Shown here piece by piece: positions 46,179 to 56,634 of a DNA stretch of 64,000 bases. Positions within the stretch are counted from its first letter, which is position 1; each line of letters starts with the position of its first letter. Below the pieces are notes generated by a model. The model made no database searches and was not told the DNA's origin. It worked only from the letters and a program-made list of their open reading frames with translations. The stretch is from assembly GCA_016234595.1 (NCBI GenBank), contig JACRBG010000011.1:37227-101226 (forward strand), read 5' to 3'. The DNA is from Chloroflexota bacterium. Its GTDB lineage: Bacteria; Chloroflexota; Anaerolineae; Aggregatilineales; J027. The translations under genes were made by a program, and so were the position numbers.

Positions 46179-48334
46179 AGTTTCCTATTATAAGCAGATT
46201 GACCCAATTTGAAACGAAGTATTGGGCTACGGACAATCTCAATCAGCCGAGCAGCAATGGCTTCCGGGTCGTGACTTGGCACAACAACAACCCCCATTTT
46301 TCCTAGGAGTTTCTCTTGGGCTGTGGCAACCACAGTAATCCCGGCCATTTGTGCTTTCTCCAATATTTCAATTGAGTTACCGTCAAAGGGTAAATGCAAA
46401 TAGACGTCAGCCCTGTACCATAAGTCGCGTAGGATTTCTGGGGAAGAATCGGTAAAGAAACGAATATTGCCTTTTTGCAACAAGTGATGTTGGCGGGCAG
46501 CGTAAACAAGTGCTTCTTGGTACTCTCCTTTCCCAACAATTGAATAGATGACTGGTAGGCCAGCCCGACATACCGCCGCAATTGCATCAATGGCAAATTC
46601 GTAACCATTTTCTCGGGTAAGATCACCAATAGAGAGAATATGTAATGGGGTTTGGGTTGTGGCAAAACCCATTTCGCGCAATACTCCAGTCTCAAGTGAT
46701 GGGATTTGAGGAAAAGTTTCGAGCATCGCTAGGGCTTGTTGTCGTCGGTGGTACAATCGCCAAATACTATTAGGTAGTAGCACTAATCCTATTAATACTT
46801 TTGCTGCTTTCCTCAGTATATTGCCTCGCACACTAAAGGTTGTCAGTAGACTCAAAAGCATCATTTCATTGGCTTGGAGCACCCCAAAATAGCGGCGGGC
46901 AAGATACATTTCTGAGGCCGCTTGTAGGTTGCGATGAAATAGTTTTCGCCGACTCGAATTTCGTGTCACCTGTCTTGCATGGTGAGTCCGTAAACCACCA
47001 CGTGGAGCATGGTGATGTAAGATGGGAGTTGATTCATCACACACCATAACCGCGCCGCTGAGATAAACTCGCATTCCTAAATCACCGTCTGCTCGAGGAA
47101 GATGATCATAGGCCATATCAAAAAGACCACTTGCAAATAGGACTTCCCGACGAATCATTGTATTATTTGTTGGAAAAACATCACTGGCTCGAATACGGTC
47201 TGTTTGTATCGATTTAGCAGACAAGGGTGGTTCAAATACAACACCAGATGATACCTCCGCTCGAAACTCATGCAATCTTGTTAAATGATGCTCAATAAAG
47301 TTCGAGGTAATCTCAACATCATCGTCTATAAACAAAATATAATCGCCGCTAGAGTGCTGTAAACCTAAATTGCGTGAGCTGCACTGACCAGCCTGATTGA
47401 GATAGAATAATTTTATGGGTAAATCTGTGAAATCTTGAATTAAGGCCATGTCTCGTTGCCTAATTGGAGTTTGGTCTACGATGATAATTTCAAATGGCTG
47501 GATTGTTTGAGTACGTATCTGATCAAGTAGGACTCGCAGATAAGGATAACGCTCTACTGTAGGAATAAGAATGCTAACTCGTGCATCAGGTGGGGTATGC
47601 CCATTGACCTTATGTTGATATAACTTGACAGGCTCGATTAATATATTCTGCCGAGTTTGGATCCATGCACGAATAGCCTTTATGGGTGATACAGTTTGAT
47701 TTAATGATGCTCGTATTAATCCCCAAGTCATCCAATGTTGCCCTCTAAGTTGTGAGATAAATTGAGCTTCGTCCTCAAGCGGCAGTTGAACACCGGGCTG
47801 AATTTGCCCACTTTCAACTAACTCAGGGGTATTTCTAATAAATACTCCTGCTTGAATAAAACGAATTCCCATATCTAAGGCAGCTACTTCCAATGACCGA
47901 TAGACTCGCTTTATACCCCCAAGTTGATTTAGCACATCTGTCAATATCAGACACGCATTCAACGACAATCGCCATGAGGTTGCCTCTTGGTGAGGATTTG
48001 GGTCACAATTCATCATCCATATAGGGTTTACATAATTCAATAGATTGGGTAATCCCCCCATACCTAGCTTTAGTCCCGCGTGCCATACGTGCCCCGGTCC
48101 CTCTAGGATATGTTGAATTACTTCTGGTCGCGGGGTTCCTGCTGAATCTCCCCAGAACAACCATGCCTTGGCTCTTGTTTTGTGGAGATGCTCGTCAATG
48201 AAATTCTGCACTGCCATAGGAGATGGCGCCACTGCCCAAACTTGACCCAATGGCCATAGGGGAGCGGTGCCTTTCCCAAGCCAAATAAGCTCGACAGACT
48301 GTGCCAAGAGCATGATTTCCTTATCTTTTCTCAC
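46175..48334 (-). CDS. Fused glycosyltransferase: N-domain + GT2 + GT4-like C-terminal half
   Basis: SILIPT, IIVDQ, ILFIDDD (GT2); C-term SIGDLTRENG...ADVYL...EKAQMAG. Confidence 0.82.
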   Translation of the reverse strand: MRKDKEIMLLAQSVELIWLGKGTAPLWPLGQVWAVAPSPMAVQNFIDEHLHKTRAKAWLFWGDSAGTPRPEVIQHILEGPGHVWHAGLKLGMGGLPNLLNYVNPIWMMNCDPNPHQEATSWRLSLNACLILTDVLNQLGGIKRVYRSLEVAALDMGIRFIQAGVFIRNTPELVESGQIQPGVQLPLEDEAQFISQLRGQHWMTWGLIRASLNQTVSPIKAIRAWIQTRQNILIEPVKLYQHKVNGHTPPDARVSILIPTVERYPYLRVLLDQIRTQTIQPFEIIIVDQTPIRQRDMALIQDFTDLPIKLFYLNQAGQCSSRNLGLQHSSGDYILFIDDDVEITSNFIEHHLTRLHEFRAEVSSGVVFEPPLSAKSIQTDRIRASDVFPTNNTMIRREVLFASGLFDMAYDHLPRADGDLGMRVYLSGAVMVCDESTPILHHHAPRGGLRTHHARQVTRNSSRRKLFHRNLQAASEMYLARRYFGVLQANEMMLLSLLTTFSVRGNILRKAAKVLIGLVLLPNSIWRLYHRRQQALAMLETFPQIPSLETGVLREMGFATTQTPLHILSIGDLTRENGYEFAIDAIAAVCRAGLPVIYSIVGKGEYQEALVYAARQHHLLQKGNIRFFTDSSPEILRDLWYRADVYLHLPFDGNSIEILEKAQMAGITVVATAQEKLLGKMGVVVVPSHDPEAIAARLIEIVRSPILRFKLGQSAYNRKL

Positions 48335-49187
48335 TTTCTAGGGCAATAGCTATCTCAGCTTTTTCAGGGATACTCCTAAGCCATTCAGGGTATTCCCACT
48401 CCGCCGGTTGAAGTAGTAGGTGACAGCGCCCTCTATGTGCGATAGGTTCAGGATTCTCTAGTGGAAAGGCTTCTTTCATATACCATGCTCTATAACCAGC
48501 CTCACCGCACCAGCGGAGAATACGGGTCGTATTTTCTTCCATAGAGATTTCTGGATTAGCATGGACTTCGACCAAATACCGGGTTTTATTATGGCTAGCA
48601 CACTGCGAGCTCCCTTGAACCACCAACGCCTCCGCGCCCTCAACATCAATTTTGACTAAATTAGGGATGAGGCCATAACAAGTGCATAGATCATCAATAG
48701 TTGTTGTCGTTGCTTCTAAAGATTTGTTGAGAGTGGAAGCAGTGATTGCATGGCTTTTGTACATACTTCCTGCTGCTCCAACATCTACTGTCCAGAGACG
48801 TACGGTTTCATTGCTATGGTCGCTGACAAAGGCACACACAAAGTGAACATGAGCTGAAAGATGATTAGTTATGAAATTCTCGGCAGCTATACTTAATGCC
48901 ATCGGATTTGGATCGACAAGAACTAGGTTACGCACAGTTGATGAAAACGTTGTTAGTAGGGCTGTGAGCCCTAAGTTGGCACCAATATCAAATACGACCT
49001 CTGAGCGTAGAGCTAAGGCAACGAACCATGCATCATCGTAATCAATTCGATCGCTCAGTCCAACATTTCGTAATACAAATCCTCGGTCGTGTATTTTTCG
49101 CGCGACATGGGGGAAAAATGCTTGCCGTAAGTGGTATCGACACATAGAAAGTTGATAACGTAGTTGTTTTTGCCATCTCTTTGGCAT
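48321..49187 (-). CDS. FkbM family methyltransferase
   Basis: VFDIGANLG, VKIDVEGAE. Confidence 0.9.
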   Translation of the reverse strand: MPKRWQKQLRYQLSMCRYHLRQAFFPHVARKIHDRGFVLRNVGLSDRIDYDDAWFVALALRSEVVFDIGANLGLTALLTTFSSTVRNLVLVDPNPMALSIAAENFITNHLSAHVHFVCAFVSDHSNETVRLWTVDVGAAGSMYKSHAITASTLNKSLEATTTTIDDLCTCYGLIPNLVKIDVEGAEALVVQGSSQCASHNKTRYLVEVHANPEISMEENTTRILRWCGEAGYRAWYMKEAFPLENPEPIAHRGRCHLLLQPAEWEYPEWLRSIPEKAEIAIALESEKR

Positions 49188-49196
49188 TTGTGCACC

Positions 49197-50606
49197 TTAA
49201 TCCGTTTTTGCCAGAATGACTTTACAAACGACCAGTCGAAATTTGCCATTGGATTCACGTGGCACTTTATCCACCTCTTCAAATTGCACATTAACTTTCC
49301 CCATACGATCATACAACCGTTTGAGAATAAGATTTTTGTGGTTTTCGTGGAAGTCTCTCGCAGGAACATATAAAATTCGTACTTCGTTAATTTGTTCTTG
49401 GACTACCTGTGCCTCAACGATAGGGAGACCAGAAAACAAGGGGTTAAAATACCAAACTCGATGACCTTCAGGCGAAATCAACATATCAGTCTGCCGCCCT
49501 TCAATGCGGCTAATTTGTGGGTAGGCAAATTCGGAAGTATTTGAAGATACAGCTTTAACGGAGCCTCGATCGCCTACTTCGTAACGAATAAGAGGCATAT
49601 CTGGATTTAGCAATCCAGTACAAATAAAGCGCCCGACTTCGCCTGATTTTGCGGGAACATCAATTTCGTCTTGGAAAACTTCTATAATGCCCATTTCGGG
49701 CCAAATATGCAATAAATCAGCCCCGGTATTCGGATGCTCACTAGCGCAAGCCACTAATTCCACCATACCATACGTTTGGCAGGTCCGACAATTTAACCCC
49801 CATTCGATAATTTGACGTTGCCACGAGTTCAATCCCTCTGCGTTGGTGACCACTAATTTCAATGTTGGCGGTGATAATAGGCCTAGTTCATGAATTTGCT
49901 GAGCCAGATAAGTGATTGAGGCAGTGTAGGCGACTATGTTGGTAATCTTATGTTGATTAATGGTATTCAAATAGACTGGAGCCGTATGGCGACTAATATG
50001 GTTGGTTGAAAAATAAGTTTGGTGAAGTGCATAGTTTTTTACCCAGTACGGGGGGTGACTTGCCTGAGCCTTAATTACTAATTGCCCTCCCATTGTGGCC
50101 CACGGCTCGTAACGACTTACCCCATGCCAGCGTCGTGTACGGGCCTCAAATATGGCATAACTCATGATGTTGGTCTCACGACTCAGCCACACTTTGAGAG
50201 GGGTGCCTGTAGTGCCACCTGTGCGATCTGCAAGTAATGCTTTGACAGATTGGTCATCTGCAATAAAAGCTTCTGGATTGGCGCGGATATCCTCTTTTTT
50301 TAAAATCGGCCAGTTTTCAAGAATTTCCCAAGAAGCTTTGTCTCCCAATCGACGACGGTCTGACCATTGGCGCTTGTAATAGGGTACCTGTGTTGCTGCA
50401 CGATGTAAGATAGATGCCATTCGGTCTTCTTGGTAACATTTCCACTGTATTGCTGACCATTTATCCCGATCAAGGATTTCTGTTACTAGGGCTTCTGCTC
50501 GCGAGCTATATCGCTGGTGAGCTAATGCTACTCCGCGTCCAGTGGCTATTAAATCGCGCATAAACGAGGGTGAACGATGATATAGTGGCAACAAGCGGTT
50601 TATCAT
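49197..50606 (-). CDS. CapK / phenylacetate-CoA ligase-like adenylating enzyme
   Basis: TGGTTGTP, YGMVE, PLIRYEVGD, IEGR. Confidence 0.9.
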   Translation of the reverse strand: MINRLLPLYHRSPSFMRDLIATGRGVALAHQRYSSRAEALVTEILDRDKWSAIQWKCYQEDRMASILHRAATQVPYYKRQWSDRRRLGDKASWEILENWPILKKEDIRANPEAFIADDQSVKALLADRTGGTTGTPLKVWLSRETNIMSYAIFEARTRRWHGVSRYEPWATMGGQLVIKAQASHPPYWVKNYALHQTYFSTNHISRHTAPVYLNTINQHKITNIVAYTASITYLAQQIHELGLLSPPTLKLVVTNAEGLNSWQRQIIEWGLNCRTCQTYGMVELVACASEHPNTGADLLHIWPEMGIIEVFQDEIDVPAKSGEVGRFICTGLLNPDMPLIRYEVGDRGSVKAVSSNTSEFAYPQISRIEGRQTDMLISPEGHRVWYFNPLFSGLPIVEAQVVQEQINEVRILYVPARDFHENHKNLILKRLYDRMGKVNVQFEEVDKVPRESNGKFRLVVCKVILAKTD

Positions 50607-51667
50607 TTTGTTATTACCTCTTCAAGGAGATTTTCCCATTGAGGCAAGACCACCGACCAATCAAATTGCTCCGCTTTTTTTCGACCAGCATCAGAAAGTT
50701 TCTCTGCTAGGTTTGGCTCATCCAAAATCCGCTTGACCGCCTTTACCATCTGATTTGAATCGTCAGCCGGTGTGAGGAGTGCGTCTATTTCATCGGTGAG
50801 AAGGTAGGGAATCCCTCCCACAGCTGTACTGATGACGCATAAACCGCAGGCCATTGCCTCGATTACGCTAATGGGAGTGTTATCTATACGAGTTGTATTT
50901 AGAAAAATATCACCTTGTGCGAGCAACTTTGGGACCTCATGTCGGGGCACGCCTCCTACCAACTCAAGGTGTTCATATATACCCAAATCCTTTGCCATTT
51001 GCTCAACTGCTTCTCGTGAATTATCTCCCTTGTCAGGGCCTATCATTGTTAATGTCACATTGGGTATATCTTGAGCCAATTTTTCTAGGACTTTCAAAGC
51101 TAGCATTGGATTGTACATTTGATGAAAAGCCCTTAGCCAGATGAGGGTGGGTTTTGGTTTAACTCTTTGGCGATATGCATAAAAACTAATCTCTAAAGGG
51201 TTAGGCAATACACGGAGTTCCCCATGATAATATGGTTGCATCTTTTCCTTTAAATAGACAGATGGTGTAGTGACTACCTTGGCATGCTTTAACAAGTTTC
51301 CAACACGTTTAGGATGGGATACCGCGAAATCTGGTAACCCACCGCCATGCAAGGTCAAGACATAGGGTTTTGACAGTCGACGGAGTAACCATATGACTGC
51401 CTCGGCCCATCGGAAGGCCATCCCACTAAAGATATCTACTTGCGCGACCTGATAATTATGACGTTGTATCCAAACCGTCATAACCATATCTAACAACCGA
51501 CCAAGGCGATTGACACGATGGGAGGTCGTAGATACTTGCCAACCTGCAGCACACAGTTGTTCAGCTAAATCTTCTGTTACAGCGCGGTTAAAGCCCGATT
51601 CCGACAGGAAATTGCCGACTAAGAGTACAGCTTTCTTATAAGTTTGGTGGTTAGGGGTTTGATTCAA
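50603..51667 (-). CDS. Glycosyltransferase family 4
   Basis: DNTPISVIEAMACG; start uncertain (TTG 51667 limits the overlap with the upstream gene; track ORF reaches 51751). Confidence 0.9.
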   Translation of the reverse strand: MNQTPNHQTYKKAVLLVGNFLSESGFNRAVTEDLAEQLCAAGWQVSTTSHRVNRLGRLLDMVMTVWIQRHNYQVAQVDIFSGMAFRWAEAVIWLLRRLSKPYVLTLHGGGLPDFAVSHPKRVGNLLKHAKVVTTPSVYLKEKMQPYYHGELRVLPNPLEISFYAYRQRVKPKPTLIWLRAFHQMYNPMLALKVLEKLAQDIPNVTLTMIGPDKGDNSREAVEQMAKDLGIYEHLELVGGVPRHEVPKLLAQGDIFLNTTRIDNTPISVIEAMACGLCVISTAVGGIPYLLTDEIDALLTPADDSNQMVKAVKRILDEPNLAEKLSDAGRKKAEQFDWSVVLPQWENLLEEVITK

Positions 51668-53030
51668 TGCTATGTTTCTCTGGTTTGATAAGCTTAAACT
51701 GAGCAAACGCCACGCCAAAAATAAAAGGAATGGCGACAATTCGGGTTGCATTGATATACATATTAATAAGAGACCATAAACTGAAGCCCATAATTAAAGC
51801 TCTTTCTTGAAAACCCTGCGCCCTGAATATTGCCTCAATCCATTTTGAGCCGATCAATAGCATCGCAATAAGCCCTAAAACCCCATGCTCGGCCAATAAG
51901 CGGCTATATTCATTATGGGCGGCAGTTTCAAAACCAACGATGTTAGTAATTTTGGACTTTGAAAGCCCCACTCCCACTCCGAATGGATTCCTTTTGAACA
52001 ACTGTAATTCAGCATTCATGATAATTCCTCTACGGCTGTCGGCTGGGTCTTGGAAGCGCTCTCTCAGTTGATTATCGGTGTAGTTATCCAGAATCGGAAA
52101 TAAATACTGGTACGCTAATAATAATATAAATAATAAGATCAATATAACAAGTAAATGACGTCTAAGTAAGTGCGCTGCAATGACGAAAATAACTACCGTA
52201 GCTGAAAATATCCCGCCGCGAGAAAAGGTAAGAAGAGTTTGACCTGTAATCCAAATTACTAGAAATATCCATAACAATTTCATTTTTTTGTTTTCAAACA
52301 ATAATACTATTAAAATAAATATAGCAGTAATTGCCAGACTGAATGATGCTGACACCTGATTTGGCCCAAAACCGCCACTTGCCTGCCAGTTTGACTCTGT
52401 TGTCCATGTAAGGTTTTCATTGGTTAATAGCCCATAAAGTGCATAAACGCCCATGGAAATTGCTGGTGCTATAAGACATATTAGAAATAATTTGAGGTTT
52501 TTTGAGTTAATCGTAACTTCAGAAAAAAACCAAATGCTCATTGCAAGCACAATAGGCCCAGAAAGATTTGCAGCCAATAATTCCCGTACGTCAAAAAAGT
52601 CACCGCTTGAGAGCGTTAGGAATGCGGCGGGCATAAGCATCATTAGATACCCAAATACAAATATAGGCATTTTGATAGACCTGTACCGGAAAATTTCGAT
52701 GATCAGAGTGAGTAGAACGAGGTATTTGCCAGACTCCCAAAAGATAATACTATGAGTAGCTCTCCAGAAAACCTCAGACCCTGCGACATAAAACAAAAAA
52801 GCTGTTACATAGGTTTTATTTGGATACAGCAATACCCGTGTTAACCCTACGGCAAAAATCGTGATATAGATGGGGCGTGCGAAAGAGGGAGCAACAGACA
52901 CTAATATACCTAGCCCAAAATGGGCTATTAGCACAGCAATTACGACCAAATCGGAGTCAAGACGATTCAAGGAAGGGATTTGAGTTTTGGCGTCAATTTG
53001 GGCATGTGGGCTTAACGTGCGTTCGGCCAT
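51651..53030 (-). CDS. O-antigen ligase / Wzy polymerase-like membrane protein
   Basis: More than ten TM segments, TFSRGG, FGVGVG, AHNEY...LAEHGVLG. Confidence 0.85.
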   Translation of the reverse strand: MAERTLSPHAQIDAKTQIPSLNRLDSDLVVIAVLIAHFGLGILVSVAPSFARPIYITIFAVGLTRVLLYPNKTYVTAFLFYVAGSEVFWRATHSIIFWESGKYLVLLTLIIEIFRYRSIKMPIFVFGYLMMLMPAAFLTLSSGDFFDVRELLAANLSGPIVLAMSIWFFSEVTINSKNLKLFLICLIAPAISMGVYALYGLLTNENLTWTTESNWQASGGFGPNQVSASFSLAITAIFILIVLLFENKKMKLLWIFLVIWITGQTLLTFSRGGIFSATVVIFVIAAHLLRRHLLVILILLFILLLAYQYLFPILDNYTDNQLRERFQDPADSRRGIIMNAELQLFKRNPFGVGVGLSKSKITNIVGFETAAHNEYSRLLAEHGVLGLIAMLLIGSKWIEAIFRAQGFQERALIMGFSLWSLINMYINATRIVAIPFIFGVAFAQFKLIKPEKHSIESNP

Positions 53031-53031
53031 A

Positions 53032-54162
53032 TCAGATCTCCAATAATTTCCTTACTGCTTGCAAGTAAGATGTGTAGCTAAATTCACTAGCAAAGCTCAT
53101 GGCTCGGCCAGACTCCTCTTTCCAAACAGCGGGATACCGCAGATAATACTGAATTGCTTTTACAAAGCTCTCAATTTCAGTTGGTGTAAAAAACCGCCCT
53201 GCCTGTATCTTATTCAAATAATGTCCAATACTACCAACATTACCCGCCAAGGGTACTACTCCGTATGCCATTGCCTCGCTCAAAACTTTAGGCCAACCTT
53301 CTGTATCACTTAACAAAAGAATAAAGTGACCTTTCCCATAAAACTCGCCAAGCAGAGGACGTGGCAATCCCCCATGGAACTTTACCCAATTCTCTATGCC
53401 TAGTTCTTGCGCTGATCGCTGAAACTCCAGTTGGTTTTTGCCCTCACCTATCAGGTCTAATTGGAAGTTTACCCCAGCATCACGTAGGAAAATTGCTACT
53501 TGAAGGACTCGGTCGATCCCTTTGGGCTTTATCATATTTCCAACGAATAGCAATCGTAGAGGGGTTGCCAATTGTTTTAAATCCCCTAGTTTTTCGCCCT
53601 CAATCAGTTCTTCATCTGTTAAACACGGATTATGGAAAGAATAAACATGCTGGCTTTGATTAGGCCACTCACCGTTTACGGTGACTTTTGAACGTGGCAG
53701 ATTTAAATTAAGCCATATGCGTTGAAAGGTATAGGACAAGGCTTCACGTTTTCTAGGTTCCCAAGTTCCGGCATATTTTACCCATCGTTTTGTAGGATGA
53801 TGTACTACTGTGAGCAGTATAATGGCTATCAAGGGAATATTTGCCGGACATCGCACATGAATTACATCTGCTTTCTGGATTTCTCTCAAAATGGTACTAA
53901 CATAAAGTGGAGTCGTCCGCAAAATATTGAGTTTTTCACGTAGAGTCGTTCCGCCCGTAGGTGGTAGAGGAACAAGTTGAATATTGGGGGCGTTATACGG
54001 AAGCTCACTGGAAGGGGCGGGTTCATCATGCAAACATCCGATATGCCTAACTTCATCGAATAGTGTCGCTAAGATGCTCAACTCTCGTGCAGTTGCACCG
54101 TGCCCGACTATCATTCCGTTGTTCCGGTGGTGCGACATATTGGAGATAATTAGCAGTTTCAT
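53032..54162 (-). CDS. Glycosyltransferase family 4
   Basis: LFVGNMIKPKG, TEGWPKVLSEAMAYG. Confidence 0.92.
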   Translation of the reverse strand: MKLLIISNMSHHRNNGMIVGHGATARELSILATLFDEVRHIGCLHDEPAPSSELPYNAPNIQLVPLPPTGGTTLREKLNILRTTPLYVSTILREIQKADVIHVRCPANIPLIAIILLTVVHHPTKRWVKYAGTWEPRKREALSYTFQRIWLNLNLPRSKVTVNGEWPNQSQHVYSFHNPCLTDEELIEGEKLGDLKQLATPLRLLFVGNMIKPKGIDRVLQVAIFLRDAGVNFQLDLIGEGKNQLEFQRSAQELGIENWVKFHGGLPRPLLGEFYGKGHFILLLSDTEGWPKVLSEAMAYGVVPLAGNVGSIGHYLNKIQAGRFFTPTEIESFVKAIQYYLRYPAVWKEESGRAMSFASEFSYTSYLQAVRKLLEI

Positions 54163-55280
54163 ATGCTCTCATCTTTGCCCAAGCATTGGGCATAAACTGC
54201 ATACCATTGAGGCATGACATGTTGAATATCGAAATATTGTGCAACGATTGCTTGGCCGTGCTCACCACGCTTTTTTCGTTGTTCTGGCGAAATACTTAAT
54301 AATTCGTTGAGAGCTGTCACAAATTCATTGTCGCTTCCAACAGAAACGAATTTTTCTACTCCCAATTCATCTAGCCTTTTTGAGATGCCCCCCACGAGAG
54401 TGCTGACTATTGGCAACCCTGCACTTAGATATTCAATTAGCACTAGTGGTCCAGATTCAGAACGCGAGGACATCAGCGCAAAATCACATCCTTTGATTAA
54501 TGCCGGAACGTCCGTACGCGCGCCAGTGAAAGTTATTTTATCCGTGAGTCCCAACTCGCCTATTTGGGTACGACAATATTGGGCATAGATTGGGTCAGAA
54601 TCAGCCCCTATTAGTAGTAAATGGAAGGGATACTCTACTTTGACTAAAATAGGCAATAGGAAATCAACAGCTTTTTCAAAACGTATGCCACCCACCAATA
54701 CTCCAATGGGAACTTCCGCGGGTAGATTAAAGAGAGATCGTACATTTGAGGGTGTCGAATCAAAAATGCGCCGCAATTGCAGTGCATTATCAATAACAGT
54801 GGTCTTGTGCGAGGGAATACCAGCCTTCTTCGCCCAAGATATTTGCCGGGAATAAACAGCAACATAGCATGATAAAGAATATTTTCCCCATAGGCGAAAC
54901 CAAAGAGGGATAGATGGGTCATTTTCAATTCCAAAGTGATCGTGCAATATATATGGTAGATTTCTTCTTATTAATTGGAAGGTTTTCAAAAACGTTACAA
55001 ACGAAAGGCTTGATCGCCCGTGAACATGGAGGATATCTACTAAATTTGCAAGTTGGGCAAAACGCCTCATAGGTTGTATATCGAATCGATAGCGCCGTTG
55101 AAGGATATATAGGTGGATTTCCGAGTCTAACTGGCTTGCTAAGTCAGTGCGATTTCGTGTCACACAAACAGATACCTGATAGCCATCTTGAAGCGTGGCA
55201 TTAGCAATTTCGACTAACATACGCTCTGCGCCGCCAGGAGCAAGACTATCAATGACATGCATTATATGAATTGGCGACAT
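54159..55280 (-). CDS. Glycosyltransferase family 4
   Basis: GGAERML, SESGPLVLIEYLSAG. Confidence 0.92.
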   Translation of the reverse strand: MSPIHIMHVIDSLAPGGAERMLVEIANATLQDGYQVSVCVTRNRTDLASQLDSEIHLYILQRRYRFDIQPMRRFAQLANLVDILHVHGRSSLSFVTFLKTFQLIRRNLPYILHDHFGIENDPSIPLWFRLWGKYSLSCYVAVYSRQISWAKKAGIPSHKTTVIDNALQLRRIFDSTPSNVRSLFNLPAEVPIGVLVGGIRFEKAVDFLLPILVKVEYPFHLLLIGADSDPIYAQYCRTQIGELGLTDKITFTGARTDVPALIKGCDFALMSSRSESGPLVLIEYLSAGLPIVSTLVGGISKRLDELGVEKFVSVGSDNEFVTALNELLSISPEQRKKRGEHGQAIVAQYFDIQHVMPQWYAVYAQCLGKDESI

Positions 55281-55404
55281 GAAAATATCACCCCGGTCTG
55301 TATATTAAGAAACCATCAGATCTTATTTCGCTTTTCCTAAATGTTTTTATTATAATTTGAGATGGAATATTAAAGAAACAATCAAACTGTCATTGAAAGT
55401 ACAA

Positions 55405-56064
55405 ATGGATCAGTCTATTGTTCAACGAGAAATTGTTGTTCAAGATCTCACTCAAATTGCTATTGTACACCAAGCGGCATTCCCAGATAGTGCCCTAACC
55501 GGATTAGGTCGCCAAACGATTCAACGTTACTACTATTGGCTGTTGTCAGGCTCACACCCCCTAATAATTGCACGTGGAGTTGAGGTGGATGGTAAAATAG
55601 CGGGTTTTATTTTTGCAGGCAAATTTCAGGGGGCGACCACAGGATTTGTTTTGCGAAACAAGTTTTTTCTTGCTTTTTCTGTTTTTTTCCACATTGGCTT
55701 GCTTCGTAAACCGATTTTCCGCCGACGGCTGCGGACGGGATTAAGGCTGTTGCGCTATCGGTTACTAAAAAAACCCTTGCCTCGAGCAGAAATATCAGGT
55801 CATCCTGAATCATTAAAATTTATGCACATTCCATATTGCAGTGTCCTAGCCATCGCTGTTGACCCAAATCAACAACGTGAAGGATTGGGATGGTCTTTGA
55901 TGAAGTACGTAGAGAGAATAGCTCACGAAAAGCATTATTTACAAATGCGTTTAACTGTTTTTGAGCACAACAAATCGGCAATCCAGTTTTATCAGAAGCA
56001 TGGGTATCAAGTATTTTATCAAGATGGAGAATATCTTGTTTTAGGTAAAAACTTGGTACACTAA
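55405..56064 (+). CDS. GNAT family N-acetyltransferase
   Basis: LAIAVDPNQQREGLG, FYQKHGY. Confidence 0.85.
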   Translation: MDQSIVQREIVVQDLTQIAIVHQAAFPDSALTGLGRQTIQRYYYWLLSGSHPLIIARGVEVDGKIAGFIFAGKFQGATTGFVLRNKFFLAFSVFFHIGLLRKPIFRRRLRTGLRLLRYRLLKKPLPRAEISGHPESLKFMHIPYCSVLAIAVDPNQQREGLGWSLMKYVERIAHEKHYLQMRLTVFEHNKSAIQFYQKHGYQVFYQDGEYLVLGKNLVH

Positions 56065-56076
56065 GCATGGTTATAT

Positions 56077-56634
56077 TTATTCGGAAGGAGGCCTATTGAC
56101 TAATTTTGCAGGGACTCCTACCAGTACACCATCACTCTCGGCATTATTTACTACTACTGCCCCAGCTCCAATCCGTACATTATTTCCAATCTGAACTGGC
56201 CCAATGATTATGGCATTAGCGCCCAAGTCAACATTATCCCCGATTTTAATATCTCCTAAATTTAGTCGTTTGCTTGCCCCAATACAGTTGCCCCCAGTTA
56301 GAATCAAGTTATGGCCTGCTATAGTATATTTGGAGACTACAACACCCAGTGTGGGATGCAGCACGACCAATCCCGGACCAATTTCAGCCTCATAGTGAAT
56401 TTCACAGTTTCCACGCCAAGGCCGTGTTAAGAATAAAAGTGGAGATATTGCTAAACGAATTATTTTCCATTTGTTGCCAAATATAAGGTAACAAAAGCGG
56501 TCAACGCGATAACTGCAGACCACCCAAAAAGCACTAGTGAACCAGATCGTAAACCATCGCCACCAATGATGATTTATTATGAAGCCTACCTCATAACCAA
56601 GGTGGCTCAATTGCTCAAAAGGGCGCGGTTTCAT
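56077..56634 (-). CDS. Hexapeptide-repeat (LbH) O-acetyltransferase, CysE-like
   Basis: IGDNVDLGANAIIIGPVQIGNNVRIGAGAVV, GVPAK. Confidence 0.88.
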   Translation of the reverse strand: MKPRPFEQLSHLGYEVGFIINHHWWRWFTIWFTSAFWVVCSYRVDRFCYLIFGNKWKIIRLAISPLLFLTRPWRGNCEIHYEAEIGPGLVVLHPTLGVVVSKYTIAGHNLILTGGNCIGASKRLNLGDIKIGDNVDLGANAIIIGPVQIGNNVRIGAGAVVVNNAESDGVLVGVPAKLVNRPPSE

